From the NCBI GenBank assembly GCA_000992345.1, contig LBUA01000001.1:13542-77541 (forward strand): DNA of 64,000 nt. The letters are read 5' to 3'. The notes below the pieces were generated by a model, which was not told the origin of the DNA, made no database searches, and saw only the letters and a list, made by a program, of their open reading frames with translations. The DNA comes from Parcubacteria group bacterium GW2011_GWD2_38_12. GTDB lineage: Bacteria; Patescibacteriota; Minisyncoccia; GWC2-36-17. The translations under genes were made by a program, and so were the position numbers. Shown one piece after another: positions 53,872 through 61,980 of this stretch; positions within the stretch are counted from its first letter, which is position 1, and every line of letters starts with the position of its first letter.

Positions 53872-55377
53872 TCGCAAAATGCAAAGCCCCGTAGCGAACG
53901 AAGTTCTGCTGCAGGAGAAGTTATAATCAGATTTGATGAAGTGTCTTTTGAACACGGACCCCAAAAACCCATTCTTGAAGAGGTGGGTTTTTCGGTGCGT
54001 AGAGGAATGAAAGTCACGCTGATGGGGCAAAATGGCGCCGGAAAAAGCACTATTTTTCAACTCATTACCGGAGCGGCAAAACCCGAATCAGGCGCGGTGC
54101 ATATCGGGTCGGATATTATTGTCGCTATTTCGCGGCAAGTAATTCCTCGCGATCAGTTGGATTTAACAGTGCGGGAATTTTTTGAGAAATGTTTTGATAA
54201 AAAAGTTTACGATATAGATCCTAAAATTGATGAGGTGTTGGAAGTGGTGAATTTAAAAGGCCACGAAAAAATGCACAAAAGGATTATTAAGTCATTTTCC
54301 GGCGGTCAGCAGGCGCGGCTTCTTTTGGCGTCGGCGCTCATTCAAGATCCCGATGTATTGCTTCTTGATGAGCCGACCAACAATTTGGATAAAGCCGGTA
54401 TCGCGCATCTGACAAATTTTTTAGTTAATTATAAGAAGACTTGTATTGTTATTTCTCACGACGCGGATTTTCTCAACGCTTTCACGCAGGGCGTTTTGTA
54501 TCTTGATATATTTACTCGCAAAATAGAACAATATGTCGGTAATTATTTTGATGTGGTGAAACAAATCTCTGTTCGAATAGAAAAAGAAAATAGAAAGAAT
54601 GCGTTATTAGCAAAAGAGATTCAGGAGAATAAAGACAAGGCAAACTTTTTTGCGCACAAAGGCGGACGTATGAGGTTGCTCGCTAAACGTATGCGTGAGA
54701 AAGCCGAGGAGATGGAAGAAGAAAAAGTTGATGTGCGAAAAGAAGATAAACCCATCAGGCCGTTTATTATTCCTTTCCAAGAGGATTTGATAGGGGAGAT
54801 TATAAATATCTCATCTTTCACGACGATGAAAAATCATCAGCCAGCAGAACACAAAGCCAAAATTTCAATGAAGAAAAATCAGCACTTGCTCTTATCCGGC
54901 CCCAATGGCATCGGCAAAAGCACATTACTAAAATCCATCGCCAAAGGTACTGTAGGGGGCGTGGCGATTGCCCGAGGTGTCCGCGTCGGGTATTATTGCC
55001 AAGACTTTTCTACGCTTAATTTTGATGAAACTGTTTATGAATCGCTCGTGTCGGCGATGGAGAAAGCGACCGGAAAAAAAGACGATGAATTCATCCGTGC
55101 TATCGCTGCGAGTTTTATGATTAGAGGTGATATGGTTTATTCTAAAATCGGCAGTTTGTCCGAAGGGCAAAAGGGGCTCGTTGCTTTTGCGCGACTGGTA
55201 ATTCAAAAACCCGGCCTTTTGATACTTGATGAGCCAACCAATCACATCAATTTTCGCCATTTACCAGTCATCGCTGGAGCGCTCAACAAATACGACGGCG
55301 CGATGATTCTCGTCAGCCATGTCCCCGAATTCGTCTCCCAAATCCGCATTGATGAGATATTGGATTTAGAGAAATAG
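53869..55377 (+). CDS. ABC-F family ribosome-associated ATPase
   Basis: Two NBDs (GQNGAGKS, FSGGQQ, LDEPTN; GPNGIGKS, LSEGQK, LDEPTN) with linker and no TM. ATG 53869. Confidence 0.93.
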   Translation: MSQNAKPRSERSSAAGEVIIRFDEVSFEHGPQKPILEEVGFSVRRGMKVTLMGQNGAGKSTIFQLITGAAKPESGAVHIGSDIIVAISRQVIPRDQLDLTVREFFEKCFDKKVYDIDPKIDEVLEVVNLKGHEKMHKRIIKSFSGGQQARLLLASALIQDPDVLLLDEPTNNLDKAGIAHLTNFLVNYKKTCIVISHDADFLNAFTQGVLYLDIFTRKIEQYVGNYFDVVKQISVRIEKENRKNALLAKEIQENKDKANFFAHKGGRMRLLAKRMREKAEEMEEEKVDVRKEDKPIRPFIIPFQEDLIGEIINISSFTTMKNHQPAEHKAKISMKKNQHLLLSGPNGIGKSTLLKSIAKGTVGGVAIARGVRVGYYCQDFSTLNFDETVYESLVSAMEKATGKKDDEFIRAIAASFMIRGDMVYSKIGSLSEGQKGLVAFARLVIQKPGLLILDEPTNHINFRHLPVIAGALNKYDGAMILVSHVPEFVSQIRIDEILDLEK

Positions 55378-55382
55378 GTTTT

Positions 55383-55465
55383 GTCATTCCCGCGAAGGCG
55401 GGAATTTAGTCCATGGCCATTGCGATTCAGTAGGTGATTGTGGTCAATCAGGCACGAAGCAATCT
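55383..55465. repeat. Tandem REP-like elements: GTCATTCCCGCGAAGGCGGGAAT plus a copy of the 22312 repeat
   Basis: Palindrome at 55383-55405 and shared 38-nt core at 55428-55465. Confidence 0.85.
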
Positions 55466-55548
55466 CTCCGTAATAGAATGTCGCCGAAAGGCGGCTTTTT
55501 AAAATTTGCGTTTTTTACGATTTCAGTGTATAATATAAAGAATAAATT

Positions 55549-55803
55549 ATGCAAAAACCTGATGTAAAAATAAAAGATTGGATTGGGATAGGCGAAAGCA
55601 GGCCCTTGTGCTCTCCTCTGTATGCGGTTGTTTGCAATATTAGCCATGATGATATAGAAGTGGTATACCTTCAAAACGATCACAAGCCGGTAAAACAAGA
55701 AGTTATTTGGGATGGAGAAACGTGGCAATTTAATACTAATTCCGGCATTACCTTGAGAGAAGGTGAGGGATATGAGTTTATACAGATTTTAAAAAATAGA
55801 TAA
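55549..55803 (+). CDS. Hypothetical protein (orphan array 1)
   Basis: 84-aa ORF after TATAAT, co-directional array. Confidence 0.65.
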   Translation: MQKPDVKIKDWIGIGESRPLCSPLYAVVCNISHDDIEVVYLQNDHKPVKQEVIWDGETWQFNTNSGITLREGEGYEFIQILKNR

Positions 55804-55816
55804 AAAATAAAAATAA

Positions 55817-56170
55817 ATGGGAAAAATATTGTCAATAAATCACAAGCTTGGTAAAGCGGATATATCTTTAGATGATGTTTTGATTAGGCTTTTTATTAAG
55901 TATTATAATGGCACATGCTCTGAAATAAGAATATGGAAGCTACCATTAAAAAGAAGTTTTTGGAGCATGTTTAATGTTAAAAATTTAATTTGGGCTATTT
56001 ATAATGACGACGCTAAATATATTCATGGTTGGTTTTCAAGAGATGGTGATATTCTGGAAGTTTTAACAAGGAAGATTGAAAAATGTAATAATTATAATGA
56101 TCTTAAAGAATTGCTTATTAAATTAGAGAATATTATAAATGGAATTTCTTTACCACATGATGAGTTATAA
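55817..56170 (+). CDS. Hypothetical protein (orphan array 2)
   Basis: 117-aa ORF, tight spacing. Confidence 0.65.
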   Translation: MGKILSINHKLGKADISLDDVLIRLFIKYYNGTCSEIRIWKLPLKRSFWSMFNVKNLIWAIYNDDAKYIHGWFSRDGDILEVLTRKIEKCNNYNDLKELLIKLENIINGISLPHDEL

Positions 56171-56191
56171 AATTTTTTAAATTAGCGAAAT

Positions 56192-56407
56192 ATGAAAAAT
56201 ATAATTATTATTTTAATAATTTTAGTAGCCGCCATCGGTAGCGGATTGTTTTATTGGTATGAGTATAGACCGAATAAAATAAGAAGTTATTGCAATGATA
56301 AGGCACAAGATACTTTAACCGGCTCACTTCGAGAATTTGTAGCGGTTCAAGCCAACTATGAAGATAATTATAAAAAATGTTTAAGAGGTAATGGAATAAG
56401 AGAGTAA
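56192..56407 (+). CDS. Small membrane-anchored protein with a Cys pair (orphan array 3)
   Basis: Signal-anchor, FYWYEYRP..IRSYC...YKKCLRGNGI. Confidence 0.75.
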   Translation: MKNIIIILIILVAAIGSGLFYWYEYRPNKIRSYCNDKAQDTLTGSLREFVAVQANYEDNYKKCLRGNGIRE

Positions 56408-56423
56408 GTTAAATAAAATTTTT

Positions 56424-56747
56424 ATGGGAAATTTAACAGATGCTTTAAAAAAATATAATGGAAATTCGTTGCCAGAAGATATAATTAAGGGGTTGCAAGA
56501 TGGTGGTTATACTCATGGATTAAATCCGGCGACAGAGGAACCGATTTTTCAAAACTATTTAACTGCTTTATTAAACTCAAAAACTAATAAAGAATTGTCT
56601 GTATCTTTAAATAATTTTAAGGATGTGATAAAAGAATTCTCGCTTTCAAGTTTTGAGTCAACAAAAGCATTGAATCTTTGGACAATGGTATTGGCGTTTG
56701 CCACAACAGCATTAGTATTTGTGACAATCGTAGCGATATTTTATTAA
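56424..56747 (+). CDS. Hypothetical protein with C-terminal TM helix (orphan array 4)
   Basis: 107-aa ORF. Confidence 0.65.
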   Translation: MGNLTDALKKYNGNSLPEDIIKGLQDGGYTHGLNPATEEPIFQNYLTALLNSKTNKELSVSLNNFKDVIKEFSLSSFESTKALNLWTMVLAFATTALVFVTIVAIFY

Positions 56748-56766
56748 GAGTAAATTGTTTGAAAAT

Positions 56767-57129
56767 ATGAATTTTACTGAAGCAAACAAAATTTTTAAAA
56801 TTTGGAGTGAATGGTATTGGCCATCTCACTTTATACTGCATTCAGTTTTTCTCAATAAAATACCGGAATCTTTTTTGCCATATCAAAAAAATGTTTTAGA
56901 GGAGGCACTAAATATTATAGCAAAGCAATATTATGACAATGGCGATTTTAAGGTCTCCAAAAATATCCAAGAATCTATCGCGTCTCTTGCGGCTTATGTA
57001 AGAGATGATGATGCCTTACAGCAAGTGTCTGACAGATTATCTGATGTTAAGATGAGAGAGGCTGTACTTATTTATATTTCAAATTTTAAAAAAGATTGGA
57101 AAAATTGGTTAGACAAACAAGAGGATTAA
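56767..57129 (+). CDS. Hypothetical protein (orphan array 5)
   Basis: ORF with IPESFLPY motif, ATG 56767. Confidence 0.65.
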   Translation: MNFTEANKIFKIWSEWYWPSHFILHSVFLNKIPESFLPYQKNVLEEALNIIAKQYYDNGDFKVSKNIQESIASLAAYVRDDDALQQVSDRLSDVKMREAVLIYISNFKKDWKNWLDKQED

Positions 57130-57226
57130 AAAGAAAGGCATATGTCTCATAAGTCAAGATAAAATAAACCTTTTTAAAATTTTTTAACAAAATTTAATTG
57201 CTTGAGATAGTTGTATTTTGGATAAT

Positions 57227-57598
57227 ATGAATAATAAATCAGAGGAAATTATTAAAAAATCAATTGAACAAGCAATTATTAACGCTGTTAGTAAAAAAAT
57301 ATATCCACCACAGCAACCAGGCTTTTTAGGCAGATTTTTAAAAAAATCGCCAGGAAAATACATAGACCTAAATATCGAAGAAGATAAGAGTGGTTGCAAT
57401 AAGATAATATTTAAATTAGAAAATTATAAAAATCCAGTTAGTATCGATCTTGAAAAGATTTTTGAAGGAATATTTTGGACAGAATTTTTCGATGCTGATA
57501 AGTATACAGAAGTCAGTGAATACGTTGATAAATTTGAAAAATTAAATACATGGGATGAAAAAGCAAACTTTTTAAGCCAATGTTTAAAAAGTTTTTAA
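57227..57598 (+). CDS. Hypothetical protein (orphan array 6)
   Basis: ORF with ATG 57227. Confidence 0.6.
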   Translation: MNNKSEEIIKKSIEQAIINAVSKKIYPPQQPGFLGRFLKKSPGKYIDLNIEEDKSGCNKIIFKLENYKNPVSIDLEKIFEGIFWTEFFDADKYTEVSEYVDKFEKLNTWDEKANFLSQCLKSF

Positions 57599-57604
57599 TT
57601 CGGT

Positions 57605-58132
57605 ATGCATTCAAAAGAAAACAATTTTGCGTATATTGATGGGGCGAATTTACATAATGGCATTGCCGGTTTGGGTTGGAAGCTGGATTATAAAAGATTT
57701 AGAGTGTGGCTGTCTGATAAATACGGCATAAAAAGCGCCTATATTTTTATTGGTTTAATACCGAAATATAAAGATTTATATAAATATCTCCAAGAATGCG
57801 GATTTACCTTGATATTCAAAGAGGTGGTGTATAACAGCGATGGGAAACCAAAAGGGAATTGTGATGCGGATTTAGTTTTGCAATCAGTATGCGATGCGTA
57901 TAAAAATAAATTTGATAAAGCAATTATCGTTTCGAGTGATGGCGATTATGCCGGACTGGTTAAATTTCTTAAGGAACGCGGAAAATTAAAAACAATACTG
58001 TCGCCTCATACTAAAAATCTCTGCTCTATTCTTCTAAAAAGGACGAATGCGCCGATTGCTTATTTGAATGATCAAAAAACAATTTTACGGGATAAAAAAG
58101 AAAAAGCCCCCGATGCGGACAAAACCGCATAG
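57605..58132 (+). CDS. NYN/LabA-DUF88 PIN-like ribonuclease
   Basis: YIDGANL, KGNCDADLV, VSSDGDY catalytic acidic motifs. Confidence 0.92.
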   Translation: MHSKENNFAYIDGANLHNGIAGLGWKLDYKRFRVWLSDKYGIKSAYIFIGLIPKYKDLYKYLQECGFTLIFKEVVYNSDGKPKGNCDADLVLQSVCDAYKNKFDKAIIVSSDGDYAGLVKFLKERGKLKTILSPHTKNLCSILLKRTNAPIAYLNDQKTILRDKKEKAPDADKTA

Positions 58133-58158
58133 GGGTCTTTTTCGTAAGTATTAACTAT

Positions 58159-58186
58159 ATAATAGCAAGCGCTTGTAAAAAGTCAA
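58159..58186 (-). promoter_or_regulatory. Predicted antisense promoter firing into the NYN 3' end
   Basis: Minus strand TTGACT-16 bp-TATTAT with extended -10 TG. No minus-strand gene follows it. Confidence 0.5.
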
Positions 58187-58297
58187 TAGTCAGTAAAATG
58201 CCTTATTGCATCTATATTTTATAATGTTTTGATAAGTAAAAATTTAAAAAATATATAATAAAAATGCGATGATTTACCGCCATCGCATTTTTTTGTT

Positions 58298-59977
58298 ATG
58301 ATATGGGCTATGAAACAAAATACGGCTCTCAAAATTTTAAAAACGGGACGGAATGTGTATTTGACCGGTGCTCCAGGGAGCGGAAAGACGCATATTTTAA
58401 ACGAATATATAAACTATCTGAGAAATCACGGCATTTCTGTTGGCGTGACCGCTTCCACTGGTATCGCGGCGACGCACATTGGTGGCGTTACGATTCATTC
58501 TTGGTCCGGTATGGGAGTGAAAGATTTTTTATCCGACGATGATATCTCGTATATCGTGCATAAAAAATATTTGCAAAAGCGTTTTGATAAAACGCGAGTG
58601 CTTGTCATTGATGAAGTTTCAATGCTGAGCCCCAAGATACTCGACAATGTTGATCGGGTGTGTCGCGCGGCGAAAGGAAATCAAAATCCTTTTGGCGGAA
58701 TGCAAGTTGTGCTTTCCGGAGATTTTTTCCAATTGCCTCCGATTACGCAGGGTGGCTCTTCTGTGCAATTTGTAAATACTTCTCGCGCGTGGAAAGAAAT
58801 GGACATTCGCGTTTGTTATTTGGACGAGCAATTCAGGCACGAAGATAACACGCTGGAGGCGATATTAAATGAAATGCGCGGCGGATTTGTCTCGCAAAAA
58901 ACGCGGGATGTTTTGGCGAGCCAATGCGAGAAAAATTTTGCAAATGGTATAGCGCCGACGCGGCTCTATGCGCACAATATTGATGTGGATATTCTTAATG
59001 AGAGGGAACTTGCCAAATTGCCGGGCGAAGCGCAAGAATTTGAAATGCAAATAAAAGGCAAAGATATTCTTGTTAAATCATTGAAGAAAAGCATATTGGC
59101 GCCGGAATTTTTGAAATTAAAAAAAGACGCCGTAGTGATGTTTGTAAAAAATAATTTTGATGCGGGATATGTGAATGGCACCTTAGGGATTATTGATGGA
59201 TTTGATAATGATGGCGCGCCGATTGTACGTTTATTTTCCGACAAAAAAATTACCGTGTTACCGGTCCAGTGGGCTGTTGAAGAAGACGGTAAAATATTGG
59301 CGAGAGCAGAACAATTGCCGCTTCGCCTCGCGTGGGCGATTATTACCATCCACAAAAGCCAAGGGATGAGTATGGATGCGGCCGAAATTGATTTATCCAA
59401 GGCGTTTGTGCCCGGGCAAGGATATGTGGCATTGTCGCGCTTGCGAACGCTCGCCGGGCTTGTGCTTTTGGGGATGAACGAAATGGCATTTGCTGTGCAT
59501 CCGGAAGTCGCGACGCTTGATAGGAGTTTGCTTTTGAATTCGGAAAAATGGGAGCAGGAAATAGCGCAATTTGACAATGACAAACTCCGTATAATGCACA
59601 AAGATTTTATTTTGAAATTTGGTGGCACGACAGATGAAAAAGAAATAGCAAAAAATAAAAATAAAGAAAAAGAAAACAGTAAAGACCGCGTCTCTACCCA
59701 CGAGAAAACAAAAGAGTTTGTGAATTTGGGATTGTCTCTCGCTGAAATCGCGAGCGGCAGAGAGATGACTATAGGAACAATCATTTCTCATTTGGAAAAA
59801 CTCAAAGAGCTCGGAGTGGAAATGAATTTTGAAAAATTTAAACCCAATGAAAGCGATTTAAGAAAAATAAAAGAGGCGTTCGCGGCGACCGGCGACACAA
59901 AACTATCTCCCGTCCACCGCCTTCTTTGCGGAGAATATTCCTACGACGACATCCGCCTAGCGCGATTATTTTTATAA
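58298..59977 (+). CDS. Pif1-family 5'-3' DNA helicase with C-terminal HTH
   Basis: TGAPGSGKT, TIHSWSG, IDEVSM, PFGG, GDFFQLPP, NGT.G, QLPLRLAWA.TIHKSQG, YVALSR. Confidence 0.93.
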   Translation: MIWAMKQNTALKILKTGRNVYLTGAPGSGKTHILNEYINYLRNHGISVGVTASTGIAATHIGGVTIHSWSGMGVKDFLSDDDISYIVHKKYLQKRFDKTRVLVIDEVSMLSPKILDNVDRVCRAAKGNQNPFGGMQVVLSGDFFQLPPITQGGSSVQFVNTSRAWKEMDIRVCYLDEQFRHEDNTLEAILNEMRGGFVSQKTRDVLASQCEKNFANGIAPTRLYAHNIDVDILNERELAKLPGEAQEFEMQIKGKDILVKSLKKSILAPEFLKLKKDAVVMFVKNNFDAGYVNGTLGIIDGFDNDGAPIVRLFSDKKITVLPVQWAVEEDGKILARAEQLPLRLAWAIITIHKSQGMSMDAAEIDLSKAFVPGQGYVALSRLRTLAGLVLLGMNEMAFAVHPEVATLDRSLLLNSEKWEQEIAQFDNDKLRIMHKDFILKFGGTTDEKEIAKNKNKEKENSKDRVSTHEKTKEFVNLGLSLAEIASGREMTIGTIISHLEKLKELGVEMNFEKFKPNESDLRKIKEAFAATGDTKLSPVHRLLCGEYSYDDIRLARLFL

Positions 59978-59982
59978 AATCA

Positions 59983-60264
59983 ATGCCTTATTATGTTTAT
60001 ATTCTAGAATGCGCGGATGGGTCGCTCTATGTCGGATCCACAAATGATTTGGAAAAAAGATTACATCAGCACAACAATTCAAAATCCGGAGCCCATTATA
60101 CAAAAATGAGAAGACCGGTCGCTCTGAAGTATTCCGAGAAGTTGAAAAATCTCAGTGAGGCGCTCAAAAGAGAAATAGAGATTAAAAGATGGAAGAGAGA
60201 GAAGAAACTAAAATTAATTAAAAGTCATAAATTTACCGAAAAGGAAAAGAATGCTTTTTATTAA
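59983..60264 (+). CDS. Stand-alone GIY-YIG nuclease (UPF0213/YhbQ-like)
   Basis: YVYILEC.DGSLYVGST..LEKR...HN, ALKRE.EIK. ATG 59983. Confidence 0.92.
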   Translation: MPYYVYILECADGSLYVGSTNDLEKRLHQHNNSKSGAHYTKMRRPVALKYSEKLKNLSEALKREIEIKRWKREKKLKLIKSHKFTEKEKNAFY

Positions 60265-60514
60265 TTTTATCTTTTTTATAGATAGTTGGTTTAATGCCTT
60301 TTGGTTTGGCGTAGGGAGTATATATCTTTGTTTTAGTTTCATCTTGCCAGACTTCTACAATATCTTTTTCATTTACTTTAGTGCCAAGCGGAGAGAGTTT
60401 CCCGTTGATATAGACTTGTTTATTTACAATGAGTTTATCCACTTCTCTCCGATTTGATTTATATCTCAACGCTAGATATTTATTGATTCGCATTGGGTAA
60501 GTTGGGTTTTCCAT
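60233..60514 (-). CDS. Stand-alone S4 RNA-binding domain protein related to the RluF-like N-terminus
   Basis: YPMRINKYLA...V.INGK..LG.KV.E.D.V, basic tail, no catalytic domain. Confidence 0.7.
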   Translation of the reverse strand: MENPTYPMRINKYLALRYKSNRREVDKLIVNKQVYINGKLSPLGTKVNEKDIVEVWQDETKTKIYTPYAKPKGIKPTIYKKDKINKKHSFPFR

Positions 60515-60548
60515 GGTGGAAATATAACAAATAATGCAAATTAAGCAA

Positions 60549-61826
60549 TTACCAAGTTCGATTTTTCAATTCATTGGTGGCGGCGGTGCCGGCGACAAAT
60601 CCGGTGGTCCAGCAGAGTTGGAGAGAGTAGCCGCCCGATGGCCGGTCAACATTCAAAATATCGCCGACCAGATATAAATTCGGATAAAGTCGCGAGCTCA
60701 TAGTTTTAAAATCCACTTCTTCGAGCGTCACGCCGCCGCTTGTGATAATCGCTTTTTCAACTCCCAAAAGTCCTGATACTTGCATTGGCATATCTTTTAT
60801 AATTTTACCCAGTCGAAGGCGTTCCTCGCGGTGAATGCTATGGCAAAATGTTTCCGGATTGATGCCGGACATTTTTATAACTATAGGCACGAGTGTTGAT
60901 GGCAATAAATTGCCAAGACAATTTTTCAATTGTTTGTTGCTTTGTTTGGTGAATAATTCTTGAATAGTTAAATCCAGTTTACCGTGGTCAAAATGAGGAA
61001 ATAAATCCAGCAACAAAGAAACATCCCCATATTTGAGAAGTTCGCCGATGTCTTTGCTCATATTTAAAATTGCCGGTCCGCTTAGACCAAAATGTGTGAA
61101 AAGGATTTTACCCGTGCGCATTTCTTGTTTTTGGCCGAATTGAAGAACTTTTATTCTGACATTAGGCAAACTTAATCCTGATAGTTGTTTGACCCAATCA
61201 TCTTTTATGGCGATTGGCACAAGCGCCGCGCTTGGTTTTATTATTTTATGGCCGAATTCTTTAAGCCAGACAAACCCATCGCCGGTCGAGCCAGTGTCGG
61301 GACGCGATTTACCTCCTGTTGCCAGAATAAATGACCGCGCTTTTATTTTTTTCCCATTTTTAAGCTTGACCGCTTCTATGGCATATTTATCGTGAATGAT
61401 ATTTACGACAGGGGAGTCAGAGAGAATATTGACACCGCCATTTTTCATATATTGAACAAGGACATCCCAGACAGATTCTGCTTTATCGCTCATAGGAAAA
61501 ACGCGATTTTCTTCTTCTATTTTTGTCGGCATATTTTTGGAATGAAAAAAATACAGCGTTTCCTTGACGCCAAATTGCGAGAAAGTTGAAAAAAGAAATT
61601 TATCGCCTTCTTTGAATTTGGCGAGAAATTTTCTCGTGTCAAATTCAGCATTTGTGAGATTGCACCGACCTCCACCAGTGAGAAGGAGTTTTTCCCCAAG
61701 GGATTCGTTTTTCTCAATAAGTATGACTTTTGCTCCTAGCTCAGCGGCTCGTCCGGCCGCCATCATTCCCGCCGGTCCTCCGCCTATGATTGCTATATCC
61801 CAGATTGTTTGATTGCGCGCATCCAT
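60549..61826 (-). CDS. HI0933/YhiN-family FAD/NAD(P) oxidoreductase
   Basis: IGGGPAGMMAA, TGGGRCNLTN, LATGG.S...GSTGDG, FTHFGLSGP, GGY.LQ..WTTG. Confidence 0.93.
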   Translation of the reverse strand: MDARNQTIWDIAIIGGGPAGMMAAGRAAELGAKVILIEKNESLGEKLLLTGGGRCNLTNAEFDTRKFLAKFKEGDKFLFSTFSQFGVKETLYFFHSKNMPTKIEEENRVFPMSDKAESVWDVLVQYMKNGGVNILSDSPVVNIIHDKYAIEAVKLKNGKKIKARSFILATGGKSRPDTGSTGDGFVWLKEFGHKIIKPSAALVPIAIKDDWVKQLSGLSLPNVRIKVLQFGQKQEMRTGKILFTHFGLSGPAILNMSKDIGELLKYGDVSLLLDLFPHFDHGKLDLTIQELFTKQSNKQLKNCLGNLLPSTLVPIVIKMSGINPETFCHSIHREERLRLGKIIKDMPMQVSGLLGVEKAIITSGGVTLEEVDFKTMSSRLYPNLYLVGDILNVDRPSGGYSLQLCWTTGFVAGTAATNELKNRTW

Positions 61827-61917
61827 TGTTTTTATCCTAAGTTTAATTACAAGACTTGTCTATGGCAAATAAGAAGCGCCGAGGTTGAACCTTTGGCACT
61901 GTTTAGGATTTTAATAG

Positions 61918-61952
61918 AAAAGCACGCCCCCGCTTCGCGGGGGCGTGCTTTT
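61918..61952. repeat. Perfect 16-bp GC-rich hairpin with CCCCGC-TTC-GCGGGG core in a divergent intergenic region
   Basis: The core is the reverse complement of the ccccgcgaagcgggg hairpin in repeat copies A and C. Confidence 0.75.
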
Positions 61953-61980
61953 TAGATAAAGAAGTGATAGAGTGATATTT

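Noticed and set aside
53693-53926. 77-aa ORF and the 5' extension of ABC-F in the ORF track
   Set aside because: They are translations of repeat copy C. The credible start is ATG 53869.
55549-57598. Integron cassette array
   Set aside because: Spacers are mostly too short and lack RYYYAAC...GTTRRRY attC structure. No intI gene in the window.
58966-59784. 272-aa minus-strand ORF and the many other antisense ORFs in the track
   Set aside because: They are shadows of well-supported genes on the opposite strand, including those over rnr at 61911-63769, and have no motifs of their own.
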